NCBI GenBank assembly: GCA_963813025.1
Contig: CAWEXO010000011.1
Location: forward strand, 224,001-288,000
DNA: 64,000 nt
Reading direction: 5' to 3'
Origin: an uncultured Verrucomicrobiae bacterium
GTDB lineage: Bacteria > Verrucomicrobiota > Verrucomicrobiia > Chthoniobacterales > JAFAMB01
A program made the translations under genes and the position numbers. Positions 1-9,748 of the stretch are shown here, piece after piece. The notes beneath the pieces were generated by a model, which saw only the letters and a list, made by a program, of their open reading frames with translations, was not told the origin of the DNA and did no database searches. Every line of letters begins with the position of its first letter. Position 1 is the first letter of the stretch.

Positions 1-545
1 TGGATACCTGCCTGGCGCGCGGCGCGCTCGGCCCGAGCGAGCGCAGCGCGGGCCGTCTTCGCCCGGAGGCGCCGCATCGCGATCCCCGCAACGACCAACT
101 CGTGGGCGGCCCTCGACGCGGGCGGGAAGGTCGCGGGGTCGAGCTCGGCGAGCCTACGCTCGGCCTCGTCGAGGCGCCCGATCAGGAGAAAACGACGGAC
201 CTCGAGGTACCGCGCATGCGCGGCGTTCACTCGGTCGCCGTGCTCTTCGAGCGTCGCCCGCGCTGCGTCGAGCGCTTTCGCAGGCCAGCCCAGGTCGCGC
301 GAGACGAGCGCGATCTCGGCCTCGGCGACCACACACCTCGCGTGGGCCACGGCCTCTTTCGGACCGAAGGCGCGCGCCGCACTTCGCACGAGAGCCTTCG
401 CTCGAACGAAATCGCCGAGCTGCGCCATCGCGATGCCGCGAAGCGCGAGCGCAGGCGCGTCGTCGCGCAAGGCGACCCGGTTCAGTGCGCCAAGGGGATC
501 ACCGGCCGCGAGCGCACGCGCCGCGGCCGTGATTAGCGCGTCCAT
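1..545 (-). CDS. HTH-domain/TPR-like regulator typically found divergent from DUF899 genes (3' end outside window)
   Basis: Not in the ORF track because it runs off the edge. My translation from ATG 545 gives MDALITAAARALAAGDPLGALNRVALRDDAPALALRGIAMAQLGDFVRAKALVRSAARAFGPKEAVAHARCVVAEAEIALVSRDL..., open to position 1. Family recognised from memory. Confidence 0.75.
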   Translation of the reverse strand, partial: MDALITAAARALAAGDPLGALNRVALRDDAPALALRGIAMAQLGDFVRAKALVRSAARAFGPKEAVAHARCVVAEAEIALVSRDLGWPAKALDAARATLEEHGDRVNAAHARYLEVRRFLLIGRLDEAERRLAELDPATFPPASRAAHELVVAGIAMRRLRAKTARAALARAERAARQAGI

Positions 546-780
546 CTGAAATCCCGCCACACTTGTCACTCCCACCGTTCAATGCCCAGCGCTAATCTAT
601 CTCATGGCCAAAAACCAGCACATCGTATCGAGTACTCACCGAACGACGAAGGACACCCAAAATACTGGACTTTCTCTTCATTGATCAGCCCGCTGTTGCC
701 GCTGCCCTTCGGGCCGACGGGCGCGACGCCGACAAAAGTTGTGCGTTAACCAAAAAATCCTGAACAACAGAAATCACAAT

Positions 781-1500
781 ATGATCAAGACTGACCTAAA
801 AAACCACAAGGTCGTTTCGCTGAACGAATGGCTCGAGGCACGAAAACAGTTTCTGACCCAAGAGAAAGAATTTACTCATCTCCGCGATCAATTGAGCTGG
901 CAGCGCAGGGAATTGCCCTGGGTCAAGGTAGAGAAGAACTATGTCTTTGATGGGCCGGATGGAAAGACGACACTGGCAGAGCTGTTTGGGGGCAGAAGCC
1001 AACTAGTGGTCTATCATTTCATGTTTGCCCCGGACTGGGAAGAGGGATGCCCTAGTTGTTCTTTCTGGGCTGATAGTTTCAACGAGATCGGTGTTCATCT
1101 GAATCATCGAGATGTTACCTTGGTCGCCATTTCGCGGGCGCCGTCGGAGAAGTTAGAGGCGTTTAAGCAGCGAATGGGTTGGAATTTCAAGTGGCTATCG
1201 TCCGGCAACAATGATTTCAACCGTGACTATCATGTTTCGTTTACGCCTGAAGAACTGGAGGGTCAGATCGAGTACAACTATGCGAAGATGGAAACAGACA
1301 CGTCAGATTGGCCCGGGGTGAGCGTCTTTTTCAAAGACGGAGATGGAAATCTCTATCACACTTATTCTGCCTATTCGCGCGGCATCGATATTCTGAATAC
1401 AGCATATAACTACCTCGATTTAGTTCCCAAGGGACGCGATGAAGCCGAACTGGAATTTTCGATGGACTGGGTGCGCTACCACTGTAAGTACGACCAGTAG
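781..1500 (+). CDS. DUF899 family thioredoxin-like protein (copy 1)
   Basis: Motifs RRELPWV, LFGGRSQLVVYHFMF, GCPSCS, YHTYSAYSRG, LDLVPKGRDE. ATG 781 preferred over the ORF-track start at 739. Confidence 0.9.
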   Translation: MIKTDLKNHKVVSLNEWLEARKQFLTQEKEFTHLRDQLSWQRRELPWVKVEKNYVFDGPDGKTTLAELFGGRSQLVVYHFMFAPDWEEGCPSCSFWADSFNEIGVHLNHRDVTLVAISRAPSEKLEAFKQRMGWNFKWLSSGNNDFNRDYHVSFTPEELEGQIEYNYAKMETDTSDWPGVSVFFKDGDGNLYHTYSAYSRGIDILNTAYNYLDLVPKGRDEAELEFSMDWVRYHCKYDQ

Positions 1501-1531
1501 ACGCGGCGGTTACAAACGGAAAGGAAGAACG

Positions 1532-2302
1532 ATGACGACACACATAACCGGGACACGTGAAGAGTGGCTGAGAGCGCGGCGCGAACTGCTCGAGGCCGAG
1601 AAGGAGCTAACGCGGCGCAGCGACGAGCTGGCGCGGCGACGTCAGGAGCTGCCCTGGGTCCGGGTCGACAAGGAGTACCGATTCGAGACCGATGAAGGGA
1701 GCGCCACGCTGGCCGACCTCTTCAGAGGGCGCTCGCAGCTCCTCGTTTACCACTTCATGTTCGGGCCCGACTACAAGGCGGGGTGTGCGACCTGCTCGAC
1801 GATCGCGGACGGGTTCGACGGCTTCGTCGTCCACCTGGAGAACCACGACGTCACGCTTTCAGCGGTGTCGCGGGCGCCGCTCGCGAAGCTCCAGGCGTAC
1901 AAGCGGCGGCTGGGGTGGACGTTTCCCTGGGCGTCCTCGCTCGGCACCGACTTCAACTTCGACTTCAACGTCTCGTTCACCGAGGAGCAACAGCGCGCGG
2001 GGGGCATCGAATACAACTACGAGCGCGGCGGCCACGCGATGGACGCGACATCGGTCCCTGAGCCCGTCGCCGAGAACGCGGCCATGACCGGAACCGACGT
2101 AGCCACGTACACGCGCGAGAGGCCGGGCATGAGCGCGTTCGTGCTCGAAGACGACGGCGTCGTCTACCACACCTATTCCACCTATGCGCGCGGACTGGAC
2201 GGCCTCTGGGGCATGTACCAGTGGCTCGACCGCGCACCCAAGGGGCGCAACGAGAATGAGGGCGTCTGGTGGCGCCGCCATGACGAGTACGACAAGCGCT
2301 GA
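1532..2302 (+). CDS. DUF899 family thioredoxin-like protein (copy 2)
   Basis: Motifs LFRGRSQLLVYHFMF, GCATCS, YHTYSTYARG, WLDRAPKGRNE. ATG 1532 follows an AAGGAAG RBS-like sequence. Confidence 0.9.
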   Translation: MTTHITGTREEWLRARRELLEAEKELTRRSDELARRRQELPWVRVDKEYRFETDEGSATLADLFRGRSQLLVYHFMFGPDYKAGCATCSTIADGFDGFVVHLENHDVTLSAVSRAPLAKLQAYKRRLGWTFPWASSLGTDFNFDFNVSFTEEQQRAGGIEYNYERGGHAMDATSVPEPVAENAAMTGTDVATYTRERPGMSAFVLEDDGVVYHTYSTYARGLDGLWGMYQWLDRAPKGRNENEGVWWRRHDEYDKR

Positions 2303-2354
2303 CTGAGCCAAGTCGTGGATGCGCGGCATCGTTCCTCGGCAGGCGGGTCGCGAT

Positions 2355-4463
2355 TCAGATCTCCCGGAATTTACAAGCTTCTTCCAACGAGATCGCCCCG
2401 GAAAAGGCTTCCTGCAGCGCCTGATCGAAGAGCGACGGTTCATCTTTGTGCTGGAGAATCTTGCGCAATTGACTGCTCGGTGCTCCCTCCTGGATAGCCG
2501 CTCTGACTTCGTCGTCGACGATCAGCATTTCAAAAATAGCTTTTCGTCCGGCAACTCCGGAGCCCCGGCAAAAGTCGCAGCCTCGTCCGCCACGCAGGCT
2601 TACCTCGGCCGGGACTCGGCAAGGTTCAATCCCCAATCTTCGCCAGCGTTGCTCCGACGGAATTGGCTGATCGACCGCACAACGCGGACAGATTTTTTTG
2701 ACCAGCCGCTGTGATACCGCGATTTTCAGGCTATCAGCCACCAGAAAAGGTTGAGCTCGCAAGAGGGAGAAACGAGCAGGCACTTCACAGACCGAATTCG
2801 TGTGCAGGGTGGAAATAGCGCGGTGCCCGGAAGAAGAAAGCCGCATTAAGGCTTCAACACTCTCCTCATCCCGGATCTCGCCCATCATCACGATGTCCGG
2901 CGCTTGCCGCAGGATGCCGCGGGCCCAAGCCGCAAAGGTGTAAGGACCGTTATCGTCAATCTGTGTCTGACTAATATTATCGAGAAAAACTTCGATTGGC
3001 GATTCCGCGGTAAGAACGTTGTTTTTGATGCGGTCGATTGATCGGAGAATACTGTAGATAGTGGTAGTCTTCCCTGAACCGGTCGGCCCACAGAGGATGA
3101 GCAAACCATGATCGCTGTTCATCAATTCATCGATCGCCCGGGCAGAACGAGCCGGCATACCGAGTTCCGCGAGAGATTTGATGTAACGCTGATCACGTTG
3201 GAGGCGCAAAACTGCCTGCTCGCCCTGTAACTGATAGGAAGTGTTAACCCGAAAATCGTAGCGGCGATCGCAAATCTTGATCGGAAAGGTTCCATCCTGC
3301 GGCAGTCTCATATACTGGATTTCCAAACCGGAGATGACCTTAATTCGCGAGATCACCTGTTTGGCGATGTAGCCGGGAAATTCACCGTTCTCATCAAACC
3401 AGCCGCCATCGAGCTTATAGCGGACTCGCAGCTTTTGCGGAAACTCCTGGAACATGATATCGCTCGCGCCCATATCGACCGCTTTGTAAATGATCGAATG
3501 CACGAACTTGATCACTGCTTGCTCGTCAACTCGATCCCGGCTGCCTGTCCGGCGCAGTTGATCGACGCGGATAACTTCGAGAGCCTCCTGGTTGCGTCCA
3601 GGCCGATCCGGCGGGCTCATCGCGGCGATCAAGCCGCCGGTATTGATCGCCCGGCTTTCGGAAGCACTGATCACGCGTTGGATGGCCGCTTCTTCCGCCA
3701 AGGCTTGCTGCACAAAAAACCGATGCCGCAGCGCGCCTTCAATCTCTGCTTTGGTTCCCGGGTCAAGCGGTCGAGCGACCGCGAGAGTCAATATCCGTCT
3801 TCCACAATAGATCGGTATTGCTTCAAACCGTCTTTGCAGCACCGGACTGAACCACTGCCCAATCTTATCGTTAGGCGCCACGCCATCGAGATCAATCCAC
3901 GGGATGCCGCCGTTCTCAATCGGGCGAAACTCTTGCTTGATGAACGGTTCAACGAGAAACCGTCCTTCGTCCGGCCGCGACCAGTCTCGCATCTGTACCG
4001 GTTCACACCAGACGCAGTTAACCCGGGAAACTCCCCAGAAAGCATTCAATGCTTGAAATGCCGGCTGACGAAGCAGGTCGGCTAATCCCGGGATAGCTGA
4101 AGCGACGGTCAGTTCGTCTCCGCGCTGACCGATCGGAAATAAGAAATGCTTGAGTGGCGGCACGCGGACCGCCTGTAACGATGGGCCAAAAAGCGCCAAA
4201 TCTATTGCGGGAGCCGGCCGTTCGCGGAGAAGCTTGGCAATCACGGCACCCAGATCCAGATCAAGCCGTTGACTGTAGTGCTCGAAAAAGGTTTCCAATC
4301 GCCAAACGTCGGGTACCTCCTTTTCGCTAATCCATTCAAGATGCTCGATGAAGTAACGAAAATGCGGATTTCCCTCGCAAATTCCCAGAAGTCGGCCGAG
4401 GTGCGCTTGCAGCGCATAACTTAACTCCTGCGCAACTCCTTTGTTATCGACGGCGGCGCGCAT
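2355..4463 (-). CDS. GspE/PilB-family assembly ATPase
   Basis: GASDI, RVRYKLDG, RLPQDG, Walker A GPTGSGKTT, LRQAPDIVMMGEIRD, GHRAISTLHTN, SQRLVKKICPRC...CDFC tetracysteine, GRKAIFEML. Confidence 0.92.
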   Translation of the reverse strand: MRAAVDNKGVAQELSYALQAHLGRLLGICEGNPHFRYFIEHLEWISEKEVPDVWRLETFFEHYSQRLDLDLGAVIAKLLRERPAPAIDLALFGPSLQAVRVPPLKHFLFPIGQRGDELTVASAIPGLADLLRQPAFQALNAFWGVSRVNCVWCEPVQMRDWSRPDEGRFLVEPFIKQEFRPIENGGIPWIDLDGVAPNDKIGQWFSPVLQRRFEAIPIYCGRRILTLAVARPLDPGTKAEIEGALRHRFFVQQALAEEAAIQRVISASESRAINTGGLIAAMSPPDRPGRNQEALEVIRVDQLRRTGSRDRVDEQAVIKFVHSIIYKAVDMGASDIMFQEFPQKLRVRYKLDGGWFDENGEFPGYIAKQVISRIKVISGLEIQYMRLPQDGTFPIKICDRRYDFRVNTSYQLQGEQAVLRLQRDQRYIKSLAELGMPARSARAIDELMNSDHGLLILCGPTGSGKTTTIYSILRSIDRIKNNVLTAESPIEVFLDNISQTQIDDNGPYTFAAWARGILRQAPDIVMMGEIRDEESVEALMRLSSSGHRAISTLHTNSVCEVPARFSLLRAQPFLVADSLKIAVSQRLVKKICPRCAVDQPIPSEQRWRRLGIEPCRVPAEVSLRGGRGCDFCRGSGVAGRKAIFEMLIVDDEVRAAIQEGAPSSQLRKILQHKDEPSLFDQALQEAFSGAISLEEACKFREI

Positions 4464-4479
4464 AAAACTGGCTAACTAA

Positions 4480-5991
4480 CTAGCGAGCGGCGCCCAGTTG
4501 ACTGAAGCTTCCTGCGGGAAAGGTCTCGACATCGAGCGGAGTGATTAAAGAAGCTCCAAACGCGGAGTTTGTTCCAGCGTTAAAGTCACCTTCAATGCCC
4601 AAACGATTCGGTGTGACGACGGAGAAATTCGACCGCAGAACGTCAGCGCTGCGTAATAAGACCAACGCATGCGCGTCGGGCTGCCCGGCTCCATTCGCGG
4701 CGACGAAATAGACCGACTGGATCGGTAATGCGGTCGGCAAAGTGGCGTAGTTGAGCGCGAGAACAGCTTGTCGAACCCCTCCCTCATCCGAATAACTCCC
4801 GAGCACCACGCTTGGCACTCCGGGTTTAGCAGGCCGACGAATTTCATTGTTGTTATTCGCACTGACTTCAGTCAATCCCTGGACCGGTTGGCCAGTGCGG
4901 GTCCAGAAGATTCGGGGAGATCCCTGACCGTTCACCATGATAGTGATGTCGCAGAGCGCGCCCAAGCCTGTTATGTTCAATTGCGGCGTTCCCTTATCCG
5001 CCGCATTCGAGGCAAGAACGCTGAAAGCCGGCGCGAGGTCGACCGGCAGAACGTCCGGTGTAACGATTTTCGCGGCGAATTGCGTCCTCGCATTGTCGAC
5101 CCACTGAGCGTCGCCAATGCTGCCGGCCGCCCCGGTGAGCGCAATGCCTGGCGGATCGCTGAAATTGATCCGGCCGGCGCCATTCGCGTTGACGACGCCG
5201 CCGCTGACCAGAGGATAGGCCGAGGAGATGACTCCGCGCACGTCCACATTCCCTTCGGCGAAAACTCGTCCGATTCCCTCAGGAAAAATCACCGCGTCCA
5301 ACTGAAGATCCGCGCGCCCTGCCGCGTAGAGAGTGAATTCGGATATCGGTATTTGCCGAATATCGATTTCCGGTGCTGCGGTTACGGTTTTGTCGACTAT
5401 CCGGGCGCTACTCGCTGTTTTGTCCATGGCGGTTGCGGCGACGGCCACCCGAGCGACTTCCGCAGTTGCTCCGGCAAAGGGGTCGGACGGTGTTTCCAGC
5501 CGCACCCCGCTTTGAGAAAGGGCGGCGGTATTGAGCGGAGCGATGGCCGGAATTGTTATCGTCTTGTCCTCTGACCCAGACGCCAGGAAAGCGAGCGAAA
5601 CAGCGGTTAAATCATTTGTCGGCAGAGGGGTGAACAAAGAAAGATCGACCTGCCCGGAGATCACTGCCTGGTATCGAATATTTTCCTTGGCCAATCGGAT
5701 TTCATCTTCAAGTACAGCTGTCTTGGCGTCTTGATCGGAAACACGCGCTTCCCGCTCGCGCTGATTCGTGATGTAAACCAGACAAGAACTCACGATGATC
5801 GAGGCGATCACAACGACAGCCAGAGTAACGACAAAGACGGATCCATTCTGATTCAGGCAAGCCCTGCCATTTAACGGTAGAGCGCTCCGGCTCTTCCGAT
5901 CCTCACGTCGATCAATGAAGGGCGAGAGGCATCGCGTAAACATGATAAGGGATAGATTCCGACTGCGTGTTGACATTCCAGGACGCTTCAA
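4480..5991 (-). CDS. PilX/GspK-like large minor pilin (true start probably near 5943 or further downstream)
   Basis: NG|SVFVVTLAVVVIASIIVS hydrophobic segment lacking Glu5, as in PilX/GspK. Follows two minor pilins and has a large beta-rich C-terminal region. Confidence 0.6.
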   Translation of the reverse strand: MKRPGMSTRSRNLSLIMFTRCLSPFIDRREDRKSRSALPLNGRACLNQNGSVFVVTLAVVVIASIIVSSCLVYITNQREREARVSDQDAKTAVLEDEIRLAKENIRYQAVISGQVDLSLFTPLPTNDLTAVSLAFLASGSEDKTITIPAIAPLNTAALSQSGVRLETPSDPFAGATAEVARVAVAATAMDKTASSARIVDKTVTAAPEIDIRQIPISEFTLYAAGRADLQLDAVIFPEGIGRVFAEGNVDVRGVISSAYPLVSGGVVNANGAGRINFSDPPGIALTGAAGSIGDAQWVDNARTQFAAKIVTPDVLPVDLAPAFSVLASNAADKGTPQLNITGLGALCDITIMVNGQGSPRIFWTRTGQPVQGLTEVSANNNNEIRRPAKPGVPSVVLGSYSDEGGVRQAVLALNYATLPTALPIQSVYFVAANGAGQPDAHALVLLRSADVLRSNFSVVTPNRLGIEGDFNAGTNSAFGASLITPLDVETFPAGSFSQLGAAR

Positions 5992-6433
5992 TCACGCCGA
6001 GGCGCATGCGAAAAAGATTCGGCGGATCAGCCAGCGTACAGTTGATAAAACGAACGCTGGTTTTCCGGGGTACAGATTGAGAAAGGATGATCTGATTGCC
6101 GGCGAACTCAAAGACGCTCGGTTGGCCGTCTTTCCAGCAGACCAGGAGGTTGCCTTGCGCTACGCCCGGATCACCCTCCACCGGCTTGGTAGTGCTCGGC
6201 CCGGGAAAAATCTGGAAATCATCCGCAGTTTTGACCGAAGCAAACAGCAGCTCCTCCAAATTGTCGTGTTGCGACTCAAGCTCAGAGCCCTGCAGGAAAG
6301 AGTGCTGCCGCTCGATCGCGGTGAGCAGAAAGCCGATCGCCGCCGACAAAATGACCACCACCGAGATAACGGCTGCTAACATCTCTACCAGCGTAAAGCC
6401 GGCGCCCGAGTTTACTCTGATCCGAGAGTTCAT
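5912..6433 (-). CDS. Minor (pseudo)pilin, PilW/GspJ-like
   Basis: Class III signal peptide AG|FTLVEMLAAVISVVVIL. ATGA overlap with the upstream gene. Confidence 0.85.
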   Translation of the reverse strand: MNSRIRVNSGAGFTLVEMLAAVISVVVILSAAIGFLLTAIERQHSFLQGSELESQHDNLEELLFASVKTADDFQIFPGPSTTKPVEGDPGVAQGNLLVCWKDGQPSVFEFAGNQIILSQSVPRKTSVRFINCTLADPPNLFRMRLGVIEASWNVNTQSESIPYHVYAMPLALH

Positions 6434-6870
6434 TTCGAGAGTTCGATCGTCTTTGTGAGTGACCCCGAACCGTTGCCGTTCGCCGCCGCCATCTGATAGA
6501 CCAGTGACAATTCTTTCTTATCAGGGCTGAGAGCAACAACGTAAGGAACTGCCTCGGTGTATTGTGAGACGCCGTTCGTCGAGGCCGGTTTTCCGAGCGG
6601 ATGGTAAAGAAACCCGCGGAGCGGATCATCCGCGCCAGAGTCATTTCCCAGATAATCTGGGGAAAGCGGGTCCGCCCAGCTCGGTGCAAAGGCATGCAAC
6701 TCGTAATATTCGCGCAGAATCCGGGAAGCCCGATGGTCAAGCCGGCCGGCCAGCTGCTTTTCGTCTATTAATTTCCAAGCTGCGGTGATTCCAACGGCGG
6801 CGCTCGAGAGCACCACGATTGACGCCAGCACCTCAACCAAAGAAAATCCCCTGGAAAAGCTCGGGTTCAT
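6430..6870 (-). CDS. Minor (pseudo)pilin, PilV/GspI-like
   Basis: Class III signal peptide RG|FSLVEVLASIVVL. Overlaps the secretin stop. Confidence 0.85.
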   Translation of the reverse strand: MNPSFSRGFSLVEVLASIVVLSSAAVGITAAWKLIDEKQLAGRLDHRASRILREYYELHAFAPSWADPLSPDYLGNDSGADDPLRGFLYHPLGKPASTNGVSQYTEAVPYVVALSPDKKELSLVYQMAAANGNGSGSLTKTIELSK

Positions 6871-8591
6871 TCACGGCGCACCGCTTTGGAATCCTTGACT
6901 TGTTTCCCGGAGTGCTCCAAGGGCAACGGCGGAGGTTCACCTGGCAAATCCGAAGACTCGCTCAGGATATCGCGTTCATTCTCTCCCAACCGATCGCGAC
7001 GACGGTTCGCGGCCGGAATGATGGTCGGTGAAACGATTACGACCAGATTCGTCCGGGCATTGGTGATTGACTTTGTTTTAAACAAATAACCAAGCACTGG
7101 AATTCGGGATATGCCCGGAATACCATTCTGGTTAAATTGGCTGTTATCTTGCAGGATGCCGCCGATCACCGCGGCCTGTCCGCTGCGCACGGTCACGTTG
7201 GCGGTAGTACTGCGCGTTGAGACGATCGGTACGGTCGTGGTAGTACCGGGTTGGGCCGGGCTACTACCCACCACCGAGGAAAGGGTCGGATTCAGATTCA
7301 TGTCGACCAAGCCGTCATCGAGTATCCGGGCAACAATATCAATCGTCAGGCCGGTGGTGAAGGTGTAGGGTGTTGTGCTCGGTCCGTAAAGTTGAGTGCC
7401 GGGGGTTTGCAGGAAGATAGTCTGTTTGGTATCTGAGCGAATAGTTACCGGCATTCCGCTCTTGGCAATGGTCATTGGTGAATTATTGCTGCGCACCCGA
7501 CCTCTTTGCTTCAGCGCCTGAAGGACTACCTGAATATTACTAACATCCAGGATGAGCCCATTCGTGAAAAAGGCGCCGGGAGTCAGTTTACCAAGAATGT
7601 CGCTGGTCGCGCTGGTGGGATTGCCCTGCAAGCGAAAACTCGCTCCCTGGCCCGGCTGCAAACCGAGTGCCTGACTCCAGTCCACGCCTCCTCCTAACCC
7701 GTTTGTGTCGTCAACTTCAACGACGTATGTCTTAATCAGGATCTGCCGTTCATGGCGATCTAGTCGCTCAATCAGGTCGGCAACCAGAGACTGATCATCC
7801 GGCGTCGCGCGAACGACCAGTGAGTTGCTGCTCCGCTCCACAAAGACCGCGTTCTGCCCCTCTTTCTTAAAACCGCCGGTCGACAGAGGTTCGTCGAAAG
7901 GCAGGCCAGGCTGAAAACGCGGTTGGCTTTGATCGCTACCCGTTGCGTTCGTGGCCGAGAGCGCGTCAGGACCGACTCTGGCATTAGCCGGTTTAGGATA
8001 GGCTGGAAAACTCTCGGCGGCGGGAACCGTCTTGATTCCAAGTAGACTAGCCACGGCCTGGAGCAGAAACTCAGCGGGCTGATTATGGATTGGATAGCGT
8101 TTTGTTAAGAAAAAGCTCGGCGTCACGATATCTGACCTGCGCAGTGTGTAGGTCGCTCCATCGGTCACCACCTGAAACCCGCGCGACTGCGCGATATCAT
8201 AGAAAGCCTGGAGTGGTGTCAGATTGGTCAGAGTGACAGAAATATGCTCATCGCCCGGCAGATCGGGTTCGATGTAGTTAATCCCCGCTTGTTCAGCCAA
8301 GATTCGCAGCACGCGTGCCAGCGGCTGATTCGTGTAACGATGAGTCCTGGGCTCATTTGGCGGCATCCGGGCAGCCGCCGCGGCTTCGGCATTCTCGCGT
8401 TCCCGCAAGAGACGCTCGATCTCGTCAACAACCGAATCATTGGGAGAAGGGCCCGGCACGGCCATCGAAGGCGAAGGAACGGGTTCCGCGGGAGAAGTTG
8501 ACGGAGGTGCTTCTGGGAGCGGTTCGTTTTCACCAAAAGCAGTGGAGGTTAACCCAACCGCGACAAAGAGGGTAAGAACTGCGTTATTCAT
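6867..8591 (-). CDS. Outer-membrane secretin (GspD/PilQ family)
   Basis: Signal peptide, Pro-rich linker, N0-like LARVLRILAEQAGIN, N3 SNSLVVRAT...LIERLD, and secretin domain ANVTVRSGQAAVIGGI...GIPGISRIPVLGYLFK...TNLVVIVSPTII. Confidence 0.92.
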   Translation of the reverse strand: MNNAVLTLFVAVGLTSTAFGENEPLPEAPPSTSPAEPVPSPSMAVPGPSPNDSVVDEIERLLRERENAEAAAAARMPPNEPRTHRYTNQPLARVLRILAEQAGINYIEPDLPGDEHISVTLTNLTPLQAFYDIAQSRGFQVVTDGATYTLRRSDIVTPSFFLTKRYPIHNQPAEFLLQAVASLLGIKTVPAAESFPAYPKPANARVGPDALSATNATGSDQSQPRFQPGLPFDEPLSTGGFKKEGQNAVFVERSSNSLVVRATPDDQSLVADLIERLDRHERQILIKTYVVEVDDTNGLGGGVDWSQALGLQPGQGASFRLQGNPTSATSDILGKLTPGAFFTNGLILDVSNIQVVLQALKQRGRVRSNNSPMTIAKSGMPVTIRSDTKQTIFLQTPGTQLYGPSTTPYTFTTGLTIDIVARILDDGLVDMNLNPTLSSVVGSSPAQPGTTTTVPIVSTRSTTANVTVRSGQAAVIGGILQDNSQFNQNGIPGISRIPVLGYLFKTKSITNARTNLVVIVSPTIIPAANRRRDRLGENERDILSESSDLPGEPPPLPLEHSGKQVKDSKAVRRE

Positions 8592-9166
8592 TTCTTGCTC
8601 ACTGAGGGCTTCCGCTCAAGCTGGATCTGTTGCGAAGGAACATCTCCTTCGAAGGGTAACTCGCATAGCGCAGCCTTGAATCCTGGGAGCACAATCGACA
8701 CGCCGGTCGCGTGCACCGAGCCAACCAAAACGGTGATGCTATCGTGACGAGGTTGGTTAACTTCAAGCGGTAATCCATAACTTCGCGCCAGTTCCTCCAG
8801 CTGCGCTAACTTTTCGGCGGGCAAAGGTAATGGGATTCTATCGCCCTGGGAGAAGGTGACGCCGTTAATTATCACCATCGCACGGGTCTGGTCGTCGCCG
8901 GTGCTGAGTCCGCCGACGAAGAGCTTGCGCTGGATGGCACCGGCAATAGTCTGCAAGTATTGCTGAACAATCTCACCGGAATCTATGCCCGTTGGGCCCG
9001 CGTCGCCGGAAACAATCGTTCGCTTGGCCTGGGCGCGGATGAAAGGGTCTCGGCGCGTTGGCTGATAATGATAGATGTAGAGATCGGGTAGACGCGGTAG
9101 TTCGATTTCCTGAGCGCGCGCCGCCATAACCAGGGCAAGAAAGCAGCAAGGGAGAATTGTTTTCAT
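8588..9166 (-). CDS. PilP-like exported protein
   Basis: Signal peptide, YHYQPTRRDPF resembling the PilP RDPF motif, and position immediately upstream of the secretin. Confidence 0.55.
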   Translation of the reverse strand: MKTILPCCFLALVMAARAQEIELPRLPDLYIYHYQPTRRDPFIRAQAKRTIVSGDAGPTGIDSGEIVQQYLQTIAGAIQRKLFVGGLSTGDDQTRAMVIINGVTFSQGDRIPLPLPAEKLAQLEELARSYGLPLEVNQPRHDSITVLVGSVHATGVSIVLPGFKAALCELPFEGDVPSQQIQLERKPSVSKK

Positions 9167-9741
9167 CGGCTGGTAAGCAGGCGAATGGTGAACCGCGCAT
9201 CCAGGTACGTCGGGTCTGAAGAAAAATCGGGCACATTAACCGGACGGTTCAGCACAACCCTGTCTAGAAAAAGAAAAGCATTCGAATTTTCCTGTTCCGC
9301 CAAAAGCGGGATCAAACGCTGCAACTCGAGCTTGGACGATCCAGCTTCATAGATCAGGGCGTTTTCGCCGGCCGGCACTCTATCTGGTCGAGCGACAATT
9401 CCGGCCTCGAGCAAACTCTTGGACAAGCCCGGCGTCTCGTCCTGGTCCAGTAAGCGGAATCGGTTGTTGGCGACTCCCCGAGTAATGTTCCCTGGCCGGA
9501 TGTAGATCGCGTCGCGCAACCTGACGTAGAGGGCCTTGACCCGCGACTGGCTCATCTTCAACCCGAGGACCTCCGCTTGTCTTCGCGCATTAGCTTCTTG
9601 AGAAATGTTATTCTGCTCGGTCGACTCGGCCAGCTTCCGGTGCAGATGCCGCAACAGGAAAAGCTCCGCTCCCAAAGTTGCGAAGACCAGCAAGCAAATC
9701 GAAGCGAAAAACGCGGCGCTGCTGGTCTCGGGAAATCTCAT
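9163..9741 (-). CDS. PilO/GspM-like bitopic membrane protein
   Basis: N-terminal TM helix, coiled coil, then a small alpha/beta domain. Call rests mainly on operon position. Confidence 0.5.
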   Translation of the reverse strand: MRFPETSSAAFFASICLLVFATLGAELFLLRHLHRKLAESTEQNNISQEANARRQAEVLGLKMSQSRVKALYVRLRDAIYIRPGNITRGVANNRFRLLDQDETPGLSKSLLEAGIVARPDRVPAGENALIYEAGSSKLELQRLIPLLAEQENSNAFLFLDRVVLNRPVNVPDFSSDPTYLDARFTIRLLTSR

Positions 9742-9748
9742 GGTTTAA

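Noticed and set aside
102..536. 144-aa plus-strand ORF
   Set aside because: Antisense shadow of the minus-strand regulator that starts at 545.
604..740. Possible short gene remnant between the regulator and DUF899 copy 1
   Set aside because: Only short interrupted frames with no motif I can assign.
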